A stretch of DNA of 64,000 nucleotides. It comes from Dehalococcoidia bacterium. GTDB lineage: Bacteria > Chloroflexota > Dehalococcoidia > Lucifugimonadales > VXLM01. A program made the translations under genes and the position numbers. Each line of letters starts with the position of its first letter. The stretch's first letter is position 1. The stretch covers positions 2,822,507-2,886,506 of the forward strand of contig OY759598.1 of the NCBI GenBank assembly GCA_963662435.1, in the 5' to 3' direction. Shown here piece by piece: positions 62,049-64,000 of the stretch. Below the pieces are notes generated by a model. That model was given only the letters and a program-made list of their open reading frames with translations, did no database searches and had not been told where the DNA came from.

Positions 62049-62143
62049 AACCCGTCGCCGTCTTCATCAGCCCGTTCCATCAGACACCCTTGGGCAGAGC
62101 CTCGTCGAGCCTGATATGTCAGTGATGTCCCAGTTTAGTCAGA

Positions 62144-62647
62144 CTACTCGATTCGGTCGAAGAGCACACTACGACTGAACGCGTCAATGACGCCTGAAAC
62201 AAATGTAGCTGTGGGTCGATTCAAGGCCCAGAATACCGGACACTCTGCCTTAATTTCATCAGTCTGTCCAAAATCTTCAGCTTCGACTGGAAGGATCGTG
62301 TGACCTTGGAAGTACACAACTAGATAGCCGCTAATCTCTGGGCGTATTGGCAAGAGGTTAGCTTGAATCTGGTTTCCTCGGGCCCTTCCGGAATCTGGGA
62401 TCGGTTTCGTGAAGTAATGCAACCCGTAAGATTTTCGCCGAGTCTGCTCTACATTTCGCGTTTTCACGTTGTCTGTATGAATTAGTCCACTCAAGGCTTC
62501 ATAGATCTCTATGAAACTGCGGAGTGAATCGGGAGTGGCATTGTCGACTGCCATCCTTGGGCGATCAGCGTAGTAGGCTTGCGCCAAACGCGACCCAGGC
62601 CGAATATTCGTGTCGAGAATATCCAGAACTGTACGTGCAAGTGTCAT
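62144..62647 (-). CDS. Hypothetical protein
   Basis: 167-aa ORF in an AT-richer segment; no recognised motif. Confidence 0.5.
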   Translation of the reverse strand: MTLARTVLDILDTNIRPGSRLAQAYYADRPRMAVDNATPDSLRSFIEIYEALSGLIHTDNVKTRNVEQTRRKSYGLHYFTKPIPDSGRARGNQIQANLLPIRPEISGYLVVYFQGHTILPVEAEDFGQTDEIKAECPVFWALNRPTATFVSGVIDAFSRSVLFDRIE

Positions 62648-62875
62648 TGAAGAGTCTCTTTCCCTTTCAGTTATGCAGTACCTTTCTGTCATGCAGTTTG
62701 TACTGCAGACCCGTTGAGGCAAACACATTAGTGGCCAACGTACCATTTCGTGGTAGTGGCATCGCATCCCTGCTGACCGAGCGCTCTGGATTCCGGCCTG
62801 CGCCGGAATGACGGTGGCCGTTTGTTGATATACGCGCGAGTTGAAGGGTTATGACGCTTTCATGACGCACCGGCA

Positions 62876-63307
62876 TTAGTTGTCTGCACGCTCTGCCTCT
62901 GCACACATGTCTAGACCATCATCTATAGAAACTCCATGTGACATGCGGAGTCCCAGGGCGTAGTGATCTGGGTGCAACATTTTGACCTCATGAATTCTTG
63001 GGAGATGAGGGTAACGACTCGCGGCTCTACCATTGAGGGTGTAAGTTTCGCCAACAGTGAGAAATGCTATAGTCACGGCGTTGTCCTCGCACCGGAGTAC
63101 GCCCGCAGGATAGATGAACGGCCATTCCTTCCCGTATTGATCCATCGTTACTGTCTTCTCCGGGACTCTCGGCGTCGGTGTACCTTTAGGCACCGTTTCT
63201 CCTGTACAGGCGAAAACTGACGAAGCCAAGAGCATCCAGATAATTGCCTTACACACTCCCGTTCCAACTCCATATTGTGTAGCCACGCCGTCCGTACCCG
63301 TGAGCAC
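62876..63307 (-). CDS. YebY/DUF2511-like lipoprotein
   Basis: VFAC lipobox-like; YG.EWPF..G.LRC..Y.LNG.A; start uncertain. Confidence 0.6.
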   Translation of the reverse strand: MLTGTDGVATQYGVGTGVCKAIIWMLLASSVFACTGETVPKGTPTPRVPEKTVTMDQYGKEWPFIYPAGVLRCEDNAVTIAFLTVGETYTLNGRAASRYPHLPRIHEVKMLHPDHYALGLRMSHGVSIDDGLDMCAEAERADN

Positions 63308-63398
63308 ACAGTGTTGTACCCCATTCCAGATAGCCTTGCGGCGATGTTAGGCTTCCGATGACAGCCCCACTCGACGCGAGGCGGCCTAGCTCTCCCGC

Positions 63399-63776
63399 CT
63401 AGATGACTACCGGGTCGTCGGAGCGGAAGTGGAAGACCTTGCGGACGGGGGCGACGACTTCCCACCGGGTCTTCGTGCCGATGGGGACGTAGAAGAGGTC
63501 TCCGGCGCGGTAGGTTGCGGTGTTGCCGTCCTGGTCGGTTATGACGGCCTCGCCCTCTATGAAGTAGATGGTCTCGTCCCACGTGTATTCCCAGTCGAAG
63601 GAGCCGGGTTCGCACGACCACACGCCGTTGGCAAGTCGCTTGTCGTCGGACTGCCAGAGCAGCTTGCCCTTTGCAACGGGGTTGCCATCGACGATGGCTT
63701 CGTCGGGGAGCGTCCAGTCGTCGAGCTCGACGTCTGCTGCGGTGGCCTTTGGGATGCGTGCTGCGGTGAGGGTCAT
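63399..63776 (-). CDS. Cupin (DUF861/EutQ-like) protein
   Basis: GVWSCEPG.F, DE.IY..EG, AGD..P.G, W.V...RK; AGGAGG RBS. Confidence 0.88.
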   Translation of the reverse strand: MTLTAARIPKATAADVELDDWTLPDEAIVDGNPVAKGKLLWQSDDKRLANGVWSCEPGSFDWEYTWDETIYFIEGEAVITDQDGNTATYRAGDLFYVPIGTKTRWEVVAPVRKVFHFRSDDPVVI

Positions 63777-64000
63777 GGGATGGCCTCCTAGTGAGTTGAA
63801 CGTATGATAAAGGGTGGGGGAGAAAGTAGAAAGTAGGGAGAAGAAAGCGAGTCGTGTTTTGAGTTTGTCTCATGTCCATCACCATTGATGCTGAATTGCC
63901 CTTCGACAGGATTTCAAGTAACTGCGGGAACCCCCTCTCTGTATCTCTCCCCCGGCGGGGGAGAGATTGTGGGTAACTCTTCGTCGTACATGTGGGGATA

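Overview
GC-rich bacterial chromosomal segment. Gene content and an AGAAC-N4-GTTCT LexA box suggest Chloroflexota (Dehalococcoidia/SAR202-like); this is an inference. Core genes: partial rho, pyrG, sucCD, tRNA-Ser(TGA), nusA-ylxR-infB-rbfA-truB, recQ and ftsY. Metabolic genes: a His-rich CDF exporter with a small His/Cys repeat protein, a sulfurtransferase, an NrfC-NrfD fusion with a molybdopterin oxidoreductase, a form-II coxSLM-coxDE cluster, an ABC exporter and several catabolic enzymes. The accessory zone (~26-43 kb) holds three elements. (1) A two-gene R-M system whose nuclease-methylase gene is split by IS5. (2) A 3.46-kb IS1595-family element with 30-bp TIRs and an 8-bp TSD, carrying a P63C gene and a methyltransferase-HNH fusion. 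(3) A DUF488 two-gene candidate conflict system. Also present: three orphan antitoxins (two with decayed toxin remnants), one intact hicAB pair, a small SOS-box/XRE switch-like module, a candidate 6S-like ncRNA and many REP/MITE-like intergenic repeats. All product calls come from motif recognition; no database search was run.
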